A stretch of 64,000 nt of DNA, taken from positions 161,983 to 225,982 of the forward strand of contig MNCI01000667.1 of the NCBI GenBank assembly GCA_015680685.1, given 5' to 3'. This DNA comes from Gnetum montanum (taxonomy: Eukaryota > Plantae > Gnetophyta). The position numbers were made by a program, and so were the translations under genes. Shown piece by piece: positions 25,801 to 37,609 of this stretch (position 1 is the first letter of the stretch; each line of letters begins with the position of its first letter). Under the pieces are notes generated by a model. It saw nothing but the letters and a program-made list of their open reading frames with translations. It was not told where the DNA came from and made no database searches.

Positions 25801-26403
25801 TTCTAGCTCTAGAAGGAGGGCCAGTGCCATTTCCTTCTATGATCTTCATTGGTTGTTGTCTTGCATGCTCTCTCCACTACTATTGCTAGCTTCAGGCTAG
25901 CGTAGACCTGACACCCCTATGGACCTACCATGGCAGTAGCTACATCTAAGGCCAGCATAGGAGTTGTCTACAAATTGGTGGGTGTAGACTGGACCTCGTT
26001 GTTGGCTCCCCTAGAACTCTGCTTGACAACCCCCACAACATACATCTTACACTTAGCTAAATTCTGGGTGCTTAGGAGAGTGTAACTAGCTCTTAGTGTA
26101 GAGAGCATAATTGGCTCTTAACATAGTAAGTGTAGTCCCAGAGTTAGCCATTTTTAGCAGTTTCTGCAGTTAGCCATTTTTTAGTAGTTTTACACTTAGC
26201 CATTTTTTGGAAGCTTTACACTTAGCTATTTTTTTTTGCAGCTTTCATACTTAGTCATTTTTTCTTATCTTTTGCAACTAGTAACTTTTGCATTTCCTCT
26301 TAGCATCATAAACCTAGAGCAACCTTTGACCTCTACTCTAAGCATAGTTGTTGCCCAACCCATTCAACAAGAAATCTAGATCGACCATCCTACTAGTCCT
26401 GCC

Positions 26404-29400
26404 ATGGTAGGACAAAGGCAATCTCTTAGGTTGTGCAGCCTACCTCCCGAGTGCATGATCTTAAACGAAGAGTAATATAACTTCATTTGCATGAAGCTCT
26501 AGGTACGTCTATTTGTGGGCAATCTCTTAGGTTGTGCAGCCTACCTCCCGAGTGCTAAGAAATGGAGGCTAAATAAAGTTATGAGCTCATACACTGGAAT
26601 AAAAGGGAATACTTCCCCTTCGCTATGGATTTCATTCCACTTGCTAAACCTTATTAGTGGGTGCTCGCCTAGCTCATCCGAGCCAATGAGCGTGAGGTAG
26701 GGATAGACTAAGAGAAGCTCCTACAGGAAGAGCAGGATGAGTTTGAAGCTTGTTCAACACATGAGGACTCATTCTACACCTCTATCCAACAGACAATCTT
26801 TGTTTTCATTTCTTCACAGTCTCGCCCACCTGTCTTCCTGGAGATAGTTATAAACCCAGTGTCGCCTCCCAGGTCCTATGGTGGTGACCCATCATACACA
26901 GTACACACACTAGGATGTAGTACATTCCATTAGCTTGCCCTTTGTCATACAATCGCTCCCAACTCAACCTCCCTGCCAATAACCATCATGCTAATGTAAC
27001 CTTACGTGCACACCATGAACATTCCTCCACTGCAAGTGACTCAGGTGTTGTATGTCCCACCTCTCACATTGGTCCCCTTTACAATGCTTAATCCACAAAC
27101 ATGTGGTGGGGCCTAGCCGTTGTACTTATGTCATAGCCCATACAATAATCATCGTGCATGGTCTCAAAGCTCACAATTGGGTCGTGGGCCACCAAAATAG
27201 CATAGTGAACAACACAATTGACATAGCCTACTGCAACCTCCCCAAGTTTGGATCAAACGTTCTAGCTCATCCAAACTCTCACTAAAGAGGTCAAGCAGCT
27301 TAAGGCCACATCGTTTGAAATGATACATGTGATGGATTTATATTAGGATGACCTGACCAGTCCTGTGGTTCCACCACTAATAGTGCCTATCAAGGTCTTG
27401 CTCTCCTAGTTCATCAAATACAATGGTGAAGGGGATCCCAATGCACACTAGTGACCTTCTAGTCTAAATGCCTACTACTGCAAGCATGGCCACACATAAT
27501 CATATGTGTGTTCACCATATCCTTGATCGACAATGCATTGGATTGGTACCGTGTGGTTCCTAGGGCCTCCATTTCCTCTTTTAAGGATTTGCTTGGTATA
27601 ACTTGAAGCTTGAGGTAATCCTGGACTAGCTAATGTAGATTAAGCATGCCACTTAAATCCCATGCAAAAATTCATACAATGTTGAAGCACGTTGCTTAAT
27701 GAAATATGTGAGCCCATTGTGGAAACACATCTGCTGGCAATTTTCAAGGGTGCAATGAACAAGTTCATTAAGTCAAAGTTGTACTATTTAGCCCTGTAAT
27801 CCTTGAGCAAAGAATTTGCTCAAACTAAGAGCATTTAGGATGGTAGAAGCCAACAAGGATCCAACCTACATGGCCTACAAGAACTTGCATGCCAAAAAGG
27901 ACAAGGACAAAGGCAAATAGGCAACAACAACTATGGCAAGGATGGCCAATGAGGCCAAGCCAACCAACACCAAACCAATGGCCAAGCCACCTAAGGCCTT
28001 GGCCAACAACAAGGCTTTTGGTCCTAGCATTATAGAAAGCAACTAGCTCGCAACATCAATGGCTACAGGGCAAGCTGTCCCAAGGTCAAACTTTGAACAG
28101 AAGGCCCTATCAAAGTACACACCGTTACCACTCAAGTTGTCAAAACTTTTGGACAACTACTTAAGGCTGGAAGAATCTAGTACAAGTAGATGTTCAAGGA
28201 GGCTCGTAAGAGGCATGACCAATACTGTGAGCTCTTCAAGAATCCCTTAGCTGGAGCACCAAATGAGCCTTCTGTCCCTAAACATTTTTGGCTAGACCAA
28301 TTTTATCACTATCATCAATTGCCTGGACACAATACAGACTTTTGCATGTCTCTACAAGATGACATCCAATGCATGATTGAAAAGGGTGAATTGGTCCTTA
28401 ATGCAACCAACCCAGTTCACCCCAAAAACTAATTAATAAGGGTCTACAAGGATCCTCTGAACACAGGTAGTGCAGGGTACACCATCAACACTATTAGCAT
28501 TGATGACAACTTAGAATTGGTGTAGGAGCCATTTGTGGTTCATGTGCCCTATGGCAACACTATAGCCCCTCGACATCCACCAGTTTGAGGATCCCTTTTG
28601 TTATCGAAGTGCCACCTCGGGCACCCACAACACTCTTTGTGATCAGGGTCCCATAGCACGTTGTAGTAGTAACAACCTAGTCACCCTTTATTTTTAGGGT
28701 GTCACACCATGCGGACTCCTCACTTGTTCAAAGTCCAATTGTGGGCCGTGAATCAACCCTTGCACATGCAAGGGATCATCCTGCGGGCAACGCTTGTAGA
28801 ACATTTAGGTGGTGACCTAAGAGGCTTAACGAGTGCCTTGCCAACAAGATGATTAGGTAGTACCAGGAGCAAAAAGAACTAGGCCCACAAAATGTTGTCC
28901 TCATGTCCTCTATTCCTATGGCCAAATCAACCGAGAAGGCCATCACAAGCAACCAACAATTGAGTAGTGAGGCTTCTAGGTAAGCAAAACAAGCCAAGCC
29001 TAAATCCTCTTCATGAGAGATCTGTCTCTTGGGCTGCATGAAGGAGATGAAGGCCAACAAAATAGTAGATAGTGGCAAAGACTTTCTAGATGCATTAGCC
29101 TAAGTGAAATAGGTTCTAAAGCAAAAGAACACTATATTGAGCCTATATGACCTAATCATGACCTCCTCCACTCACCATAAAGCATTGGTCCACATGTTGA
29201 CCTCCATTCCTATTACATAGGACATCCTAGCAGATGAAAAATCCATCCATGCTATTATGGCTCCCCTTGCACCACAAGAATTGAGCTCAACGCCCTTGGC
29301 ATTCCATGATGAGGTGATTAAGGTTGACCCTGAGAAGGGTTAGGTCATTACTATGCTAATGTTTATCACAATATGTGTAGGGTAATGAAAGATTCACAGG

Positions 29401-30034
29401 GTGCATGTCAACGATGGGGCAGTAACCAACGTCATCCCATACACCATCATTGACAAGATGGATCTTGTTGACCAAATCAATTCCACAAAGACAACGTGCC
29501 TAAAGTCCTTCAATGGGTCACACATTGTCATAAGGGGAACAATCATGATAGCCTTCATGGTAAGGGAGCAATTCCTCACTAATGTAGAGTTCATCATAAT
29601 CAAGGAGATGCAAGGCTTTAACCTAATCTTAGGTAGGTCTTGGCTGGTCCAACTACAAGCTGTCTCCTCTCCTATTCACAAAGAAATCCACCTTCCATAC
29701 ACAAGTAATGAGGTTATCATTTATGATGACAATGCAACCCCTTTGGCCATAAACAACATAGACACAGAGCAAGGGTGAGAGGTGGAGTTCCCCGATGATG
29801 CACCTTCTATGAAGGAAGAGGTTGAGGCATGTAAGGCAAACCGACTTGTGGAGCCAAAGGGAGCCAATGACCTTCCAAAAGACATTCTATGGGCAGAATT
29901 GCCCTTTGACATAGCTAATGAAGATCAAGGAAAGTACTACATAGTACTGTCTATGCCCTACATGACCTCTAACTTGCATTGGGTTAGGAAGCAACTCCAT
30001 GACTAAAGCATCTCCTTAGTCCAAGATGCACTAG
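26404..30034 (+). pseudogene. Tat element gag-protease, decayed
   Basis: MVGQRQSLRLCSLPPE start, KYNGEGDPNAH, YHQLPGHNTDFC, protease-like VNDGAVTNVIP...FNLILGRSWL. Confidence 0.8.
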
Positions 30035-30704
30035 GTGCTTACCTACCCCTCACTTCTACATACCTCGCTTTCTTACATCTTGTTTGTGCATTTATGTTTT
30101 GCTTGGTTGTTTGCATTTTGCATTGTTTACTTTATTATGCATTTTTCTTTTATTTGTGCATTTTCTCTTAGTTTACGTCTTTATTTGTCTAGTTTACTCT
30201 TTAGCAGTTATTAGTTTATGCATGGAAAACATGAAAATACATAAAAATCATAAAAATTGAAACTACAAAAATACATGTCCCACCATGGCCTAAAATTGGC
30301 AATATTCCTTTCAACACATGGCCCAAAATGGTGTTAAACTACCACTAGAGCCTAGAATGGCCTAAAATTGCCAACCCACACTATCAACACACGTGGCTCA
30401 AAATGGTCTAAAACTAGCATAGGCCCTTCCATAATAACCTTAAAATGGCATGGGGCTTACAATGGCCTAGCTATATTATCATTGCATAATCATATCCTTG
30501 AATAGTCATAACTTAGCACATTAATCCATCGCAACATTAGTATAATAAACACATAGCAAATAAATGCAAAAGTCTACACACCATACACACAATATAGTAA
30601 ACACATTCATAACATGCCATCTCACATCAATAATAGTACATAGCATAAGCATCAACACCGTGTGGCAAAAGATGCATAAAAATGCAAAAATGCCCAACAA
30701 CAGG

Positions 30705-33700
30705 GCTACATTGGAACATGCTCAACTAGTGGTACTAGGTGGAGGTGGGGGTGCTTCTTCCTCGACTACGCTGTTGAGGCCTACATCACTTGGTGCCTAC
30801 TACAATACTAACAAAATAGTAGACCAATAAGCAAATGTACAATATGCAAACTAACATGAAAAGCATAAAAACAACACAAAAAAACTAACCTGAGAGGATC
30901 TTGCATTGATCATGTTTGGTGGTAGCCCTCCTTCAAGTGCTGGAGGATTTCAACCTTAGATAGCCATGTCCAGTGCTCTTGGCCAAAGGCAATCCCCACA
31001 AGGGTCTTACCTTTATCCACAGTGGTCCATGCGGGTGGCTCTATGGAAAACATAGTAGATGAATCCTCTTCTAAGGGTGTGATAATCTACCTCTTTGAAG
31101 AGCCAATCACCACGATATGATGAGTGAACAACTCATAGGCCCATCGATCACCAATTACCTTAAGGAACATCTCAAGGTAACAATGTTCGATGGACTCTTC
31201 TTTGAGCTACTAAAGATACGCATATCACTCGTGCTTGTAGTGGTGTTTGTGCTTCTTTTGGGTCTTCTCTAACCCACATAGCCTTGCATTGTAATTTTTC
31301 GAATCCTAGTTCTTTTAGGCAAGCAGATCCATTTGTAGCAATTGCTCAATAATCTCTCGAGTGGCCTCATTTTTACCCCAGATGGCCAACTAGTACTTGG
31401 CATAATCTATCTCTATGATCTACAAGCATTGTCTCCACATGATTGAGCCACAAAAGTCATATCGAGATTGAAGTTCCTCGATCTTTATGTCTTGACTCGC
31501 CACCCTCTCCTGGAGCTCATAGATGTGCTTCCACAAGTGCTCATTTGAGCGCCTATAGACCCACAATGCTTTCACTCAGGAAAGTGTGCATTTGCTGGCT
31601 GCATCGTATGTACGATGAGGCACCTACTCCACTTTAGGAGGGAACTTAGGGACAACATCTACTTTGGCCACCCTGCTCAGATCTTAGCAAAGATTAGAAC
31701 TAGTTGACATGCAACAAGAAAATCAACCTTAGCCATAGACTAAGCATCAAATTGGTAAAACAACATAAGCAAAGAAAAATTATACACATATCAAGCTTAG
31801 GATCTGCCTATTGTAGATGGTCAACCATATCCTCCACAATGCCTTCCATGAAGGAAAACTTGTTAAGTGTGTCTATCCACGACTTCATGTGGTAGGTAGA
31901 CATTGGACTGCTAGTAGGTTCATTTGGGGCTATTACATAACAATGCACTTAGCAACAACTAAATAGCCAAAGATGCTAGAGCAAAAGAGCAACAATAGGT
32001 GGCAATCTAAAGCACTCACCTAGTAGACCCTCAGGTGTGAGAGTAGGGGGGGTTACCCAACTGCATGCTATCAAAAAGGTGGTTAAAATCACCCTCATCG
32101 GGGTGGAATAGCCCCTCCTCCAATTGTTGGAGGGTCTCTATGGCCTCATGCAGCTCCTTCCCATGTGCTTTCCCCTCCTCAGTTTGAGGAGGGAACTCTT
32201 CTACTACTACTTCCACCATTGCTCTGGCATCCCTCTCTCCTAATTTTGACAATTTACAAACATAGCATGTTAGCACATGTTAGTATACATTAGTGCACTA
32301 ATATAACATAGTAAAAAACATAAAAATATGAACATGAAAAGTACAAAAAAAATGAATGCATTTGATAAAGTACATGTACTAACCTGCAACCTTTGTGCAT
32401 AAGCTAGAAAGCTTAACATGGATTTTTTTGCCACTTACCTTTCCAACTTCAAGAGCAGCCTCCTCTACAGGGCATGGCCTCTTGATCTTCACCTTGGACA
32501 GTTCCACCATCTTTGCAATATAACAATCAACCTTGTTCACATTCATAATGCTAACTAGGGAACCCTTGCCTACACTATCATGTGAATAGTGTGACTACCC
32601 CAAGAGACCTTTGGTTGTTACTAAATATGACTCATTAATCCCTTCTAGGAGATCCTACGTGTGGTTGGTCATGAACATATGCTTAACCCAAGATTTTGAT
32701 AGTTTCTCACAATCCTGCATGACCCATCGCCCACTATGACATACCACCAAGAGCTCCGTGAAGCTTCATAGATACCTTGCGAAGAATGCGAAGTGTACAT
32801 AAGATCTCGCTTGGAGGTTGAAGTGTAGCCTAGTGATCTCTACTTGTAAGCTAGTGGCGATGTAGGAGGCCTAGTTGAACCTCATGCTCTCCTATAGTAT
32901 CTCTTAATCACCTGTGCCTGCTCCACCCTAAGGATTTTTCCTTGGAAGAGCAACTTCAGGAAAGTATAAGCACAGAAAAGGGGGTAGAGCTCCCAGACCT
33001 CAGACCCAAGCATGTCTTTAATGGGGATGCCCTTGTATGATCGAGTGGTCCTCAACTAGCCCTCAATCTCTCCTTTGTAGTCCACCTCCCTATTAGCCTT
33101 GTCAATGACCAATGGGTCATTAGTGGGACGGCCAAAGAGGTTAGTAAAGAAGGCCTTACTGAGGTCTAGAACTACCATTACACCATGCACCCAGGTGACA
33201 AAGTTGTGAACATTGCTATTGAAGGAGTTTATGATGGTGACCATTTCGGTCATCAGAATGCTTAGACTAAGGGCCAAGAAAAGGTCCATCAACCCAACAC
33301 AGGTGAGCCTATTGGTCAATGCCTCTGAGGCCTGGTGGCACAACCGATGCTGCACACCCTCTACATCACCATATTTCATGATGATGGTGGCCTTAGTGTG
33401 GCTTGTGGTGGCCACCATCACCCCTCTTAAAGCAATTGCCACTACAATAAAGGCAAAAACAATGTTAACACCATGTAAGGGCAAATCAATGAGCACATGT
33501 GAGCAAGCATAAGAGCCAAAACAATAAATGCTTACGTGGAACAAATGGTGTGTGAGATGAAGGTGGTGGTGCAAACATCCCCTCAAGGTTGAGCTCACCA
33601 CTAGTCCATTCCTCATCTAGCCAATCATGGATTTTACACCACTCGTACACCCTCAGGTATTAGGTAGGGCGGGACTTGAGATCAGATCCCACCTACTCAA

Positions 33701-34340
33701 GTACAACCTCCCAAAAGTTTGGGCTAGATGAGAATACCTCTAGGGTGGTATGAGTGAAGTTAAGAGCATTCCTCTCATTGTGTAGACCCTAGTCATCAAC
33801 TCTGAATCTGGAATTAACCATGAGCAGTTAGCAACTTAGCATGAGCCAAAAGCAAAGAACACAATGCAAGAAACCATAAGAGCACTTACCCTCCAGTGCA
33901 GTATACAGTTCCAGGTGGGTTCTAGAATAAAGTGTGCATGCACAGAGCAACGAAGAGGATGTTGCTCTTGTTGTAACAAGAGAACTTTTGCATTTGTTAG
34001 ATCCTAAATAAGGGATGAGCTCCCAAACTACCTACTCTATCATCATTAGTAATGGGCTCTTCATATATGAACCTTAAAATGTCCTGGTTAGCCCTGGGTA
34101 GCAATGTCTTTGTGATGACATTGGTAGCCTCCATCGCTAAGTGTGACGACATCATCAAACTAAAGTGTTGCAACAGGAATTCCAGGAACTCATGTGCTCT
34201 TAGCCAGAACCACACTACCTGTTGATCCACACACATATCTGGTGCAAGCATGTTGGGAACAGGCTCACTCATGTAACAAAAAATGCCAACGAGCTCCATG
34301 ATAACTAGGATGGGCTTTAGTAGCACCTTGCAATTGCAAA
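30705..34340 (-). pseudogene. Antisense multi-exon accessory gene inside the Tat element, possibly with a plant-mobile-domain-like region
   Basis: Minus-strand donors at 33889 (GTAAGT), 33535 (GTAAGC), 32383 (GTTAGT), 32019 (GTGAGT), 30889 (GTTAGT). Acceptors at 33808, 33442 and 30800. Introns are ~80-130 nt and T-rich, between codon-like exons (ORFs 33997-34326, 33056-33616, 32031-32276). Domain call is tentative. Confidence 0.65.
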
Positions 34341-34744
34341 AGCTATAGACGAAGCATTAGTGTATATACATTGGATGCAATTTTAGCTTCCTCTATATGC
34401 AAAAGCTATAGACGAAGCATTGTTGGCATTTTCACATCTTGTAAGTCTAGCATCAATTACAATTCACAAAATTTTTAAAAACATTTTTCTAAGTCTGAAT
34501 AGTGTAGTTTGGGACGTTGCAAATTTTTTCTAACTTTGGGTTACCTCTAAGAGCATATTTCAAAAACATTGCAATTTTTTTAAACTCTGGATCACTTTGA
34601 CTACACTTTGGAACTATTGGATGGGCCATTTTGATAAACACTTGACATCAACTATGCCGGCAAGGCGAGAGCGTAGTCTTGGCTATGACTAGTGAAAATT
34701 GAGGTTTGGCTTCTGCACCAACACACTCTTTGTGCACCACACCC

Positions 34745-34860
34745 TGCCATGGCATTGTGCATTGCTCACCAATCCCCCTAGGCACTACACCTTGCCACGG
34801 TATTGCCCACCATGGCATTGTGCATTGCTCACCAATCCCCCTAGGCACTACACCCTGCCG
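34745..34860. repeat. 62-bp tandem duplication
   Basis: CCATGGCATTGTGCATTGCTCACCAATCCCCCTAGGCACTACACC twice. Confidence 0.9.
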
Positions 34861-34980
34861 CGGTATTACCCACCACTTGTTTCACTCCACCTTGTCATGG
34901 TGCCATGTGCTGTGATGGCCATGGTTGCTCCACCCACTATGCTTTAACATATGTGTAACCTCTGCAACCATGCCATCCAC

Positions 34981-36054
34981 TGGTATTACCATTTCTGGTT
35001 CTGTTGTCATCAAACACATTTGGAAGGCATGGTGTTATATCAGTCAATTTTGGAACTTTAACACTATCACTATCTCTTACTCTACACTTGATAAGCTTTC
35101 TCCTTGGTGGATTCCCATCCACAATGAACCTTGGGCCATTAAGCGTCCTCGTCTTTGTAGCACTTGGGATAAGCTTGGCATCTCCTCCCTCTCCTCTCTT
35201 CGCATTCATAATCGTTGGATTACTTGGAGTGAATGTCACCTTATTTACGGTATTAATGCTGCTCAAAAGTCTACCTTTTGTACGATTTTGGATAGCTTGA
35301 ACAGAAGTGTTGTTATTCAAGACTCCCTTGGTGGTTTTTTAGATCTTTCTTGGACTTCTGGTCATCAAGTCTTTCCCTATCATTCTAAGATTGTTTACTC
35401 TCTTATTAATTCCACTACTAATATTTGGCCTAGATTCAACCATCTTTGGCAAGTTAATCTTAATGTGCAGGTTTGGAAGCAACGTATTCAGACTATTTGG
35501 ACTACTCCTACTTCTTCAAAGATTCAACATTTTCTGTGGTATCTGATTCACCAAGGTCTTCCTGTGGGTGTTCGGCGCTCTCATCTGGGGGTTCCTGACC
35601 CGCGATGTCCTATTTGTCACAGGGAAGATGCATTTACTCACTGTTTTTTTTCTTGTCCCCTTGCTCATAGCTCTTGGATTTGGTGTGGCAGGTTTTTACA
35701 GGGTTTTCGACCAAGCTTGGATGAGGTTCTTTTTGGTGACACTCCGCATCTTCAAGGCTCTTTGATTTATATCTGGTGTCGCCTTCGTCCCCTTATTCTC
35801 CATGCTATCTGGAAATTTCGTTGTAATGTGGTTTTTCAACGTGATTCTCCTACTAATATTCTCTCCTTGTCTATTCAAGGAGACATTGTTCAACAGCTAA
35901 TGCTGCAGTTGAGCTCTTGAACTTTTTCTCTCTCTCTCTCGTTTTTCCTAATTTCTTGTAGTTTCTCCTCTTTTGAGGTGAGCGTGTCCTAATTTCTTGT
36001 ACTATTTTCTTTTTTCTCTATTAATTAAATTTATTTTTTGGGGTCCGACACCCC
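34981..36054 (+). mobile_element. Young 5'-truncated L1-type LINE fragment (ORF2 C-terminus and 3' UTR)
   Basis: Open frame to 35920 with KIQHFLWYLIHQGLP, CPICHREDAFTHCFFSC, IWKFRCNVVF. Perfect 16-bp TSD CAACCATGCCATCCAC (34965-34980, 36055-36070). Confidence 0.92.
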
Positions 36055-37609
36055 CAACCATGCCATCCACACCGATGGTGTTGCCGCGCACCACACCGCT
36101 TGCCTTGCCCTGCCACTATAATAATTTTTTTTTTCAAAAAAGATAAAAATAGAGAATGCTGAAAAGTGCCCTTGGCACTAAGCCTTCCTTTGCGGCCCAT
36201 GCAGTCGCACAGCTGCACTACAAAGTGTGACGCTCCCATGGCCCTCTCAACCCCGACGCACTTAATTCTTGCTCACATTTCTCCTCAAATAATGACAAAA
36301 AAAATAATGCAAAAGTTTTTGCGGGGCAAACCCCCTATCACGTCCTTACCCTACGACAAGCCACTCATTGCCACTGTTGGCGCTTGCATCCCCACCTTGT
36401 GTGCAAACATTTTTAAAAATAAAAAAAATTTACATAACCCTCGCTACACCATTTTCCCCACGAACAGTAGATCCTCGTTGCTGCCAAACCCCAAATCCCT
36501 ACCCTACACCATGCAAAGTACAAAAAACACAAAAATTGTAGCCACCCGTTGCATCCCATCAAATTCCACCAATAGCAAGTAAACCATCCAAACTTGCGGC
36601 CCTGTGCATGGCTTAATGACAACCCATGGCCTCCCGACTGGTGATCGCATGGGTTGCCATGGCAGCCGCGATTGCATTAAAATCCTCATGTCCTCAGCAT
36701 GCTCCCATTGCCCATGCACATAATAACAAAACCATCATTGCACTACAATCAGCGCCAAAAAATATCCCTGGCTTCTCGAAGCACATGCCCTCCCTTCCAC
36801 GATGGTGCCATGGCGGTTACGGCCCTTGCCATGGCAGGGCACCGCCAACCGCCAAAGCCCAAAACCCTCGATGCAAAAGACAAGCAAAGCAAAGGCAAAA
36901 ACGGTAGAAAAAGGGGAGAGCGTGGTTAGGGTACTTGTACATGCTGGCGTCCTTCATTCTTCCATGCGTGCCCGTGGCAGGTGGTCTAGTGCCCATTCTC
37001 CCTCATCCACATTTGCCAATTTGGGGTGCAGGTGTCCACTTTGGCAAGTCATCTTGGTCGCAACTACGCTCTTCAAAAATAGTGCACTATGCTCTTAAAG
37101 TTTACATTTTTCAAATTAAAAAATGACAAACTTACCAAAGGTCAAACGTGCTTTTATATATACCCCCACGGACCACTTAATGATTTAGACTATGCTCAAC
37201 ACTATTTAGTTGGCTGGGAGCGTACTTACCCAGACTTTAAAAAATTTTCAATTTTTTTGATTGTCCCCAAACTTAGAAAAATTTTAAATTTTTCTTGCTA
37301 CCCAGTGAGCATGCAGGTTGATTCCATGTTTCTACAAACTTCCAACCTTGCCCAAACTGACACATGTAGTGCATATCATGGTCCACTAAAACCTTAAACT
37401 AGCCCCCCATTGTCCACTAAGACCTTATACTAGCATCCATGGCCTGTCGAGGCTTAAAATTAGCACCAACAGCACCAACGTGCTTATTTTCTTTAATGTT
37501 ACATGTGCATACTTAGGAAAATTTTTATTGCATTGCTTTCCTTCATTTTTTTGCATACCAACTTCATTAAGATAGATGTGGCTTAATGTTTTTCTCGTTG
37601 TTTTTGTAG

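Noticed and set aside
34925-34980. Start of a 331-aa standalone gene
   Set aside because: The first codons are target DNA and TSD fused by chance to a truncated LINE ORF2.
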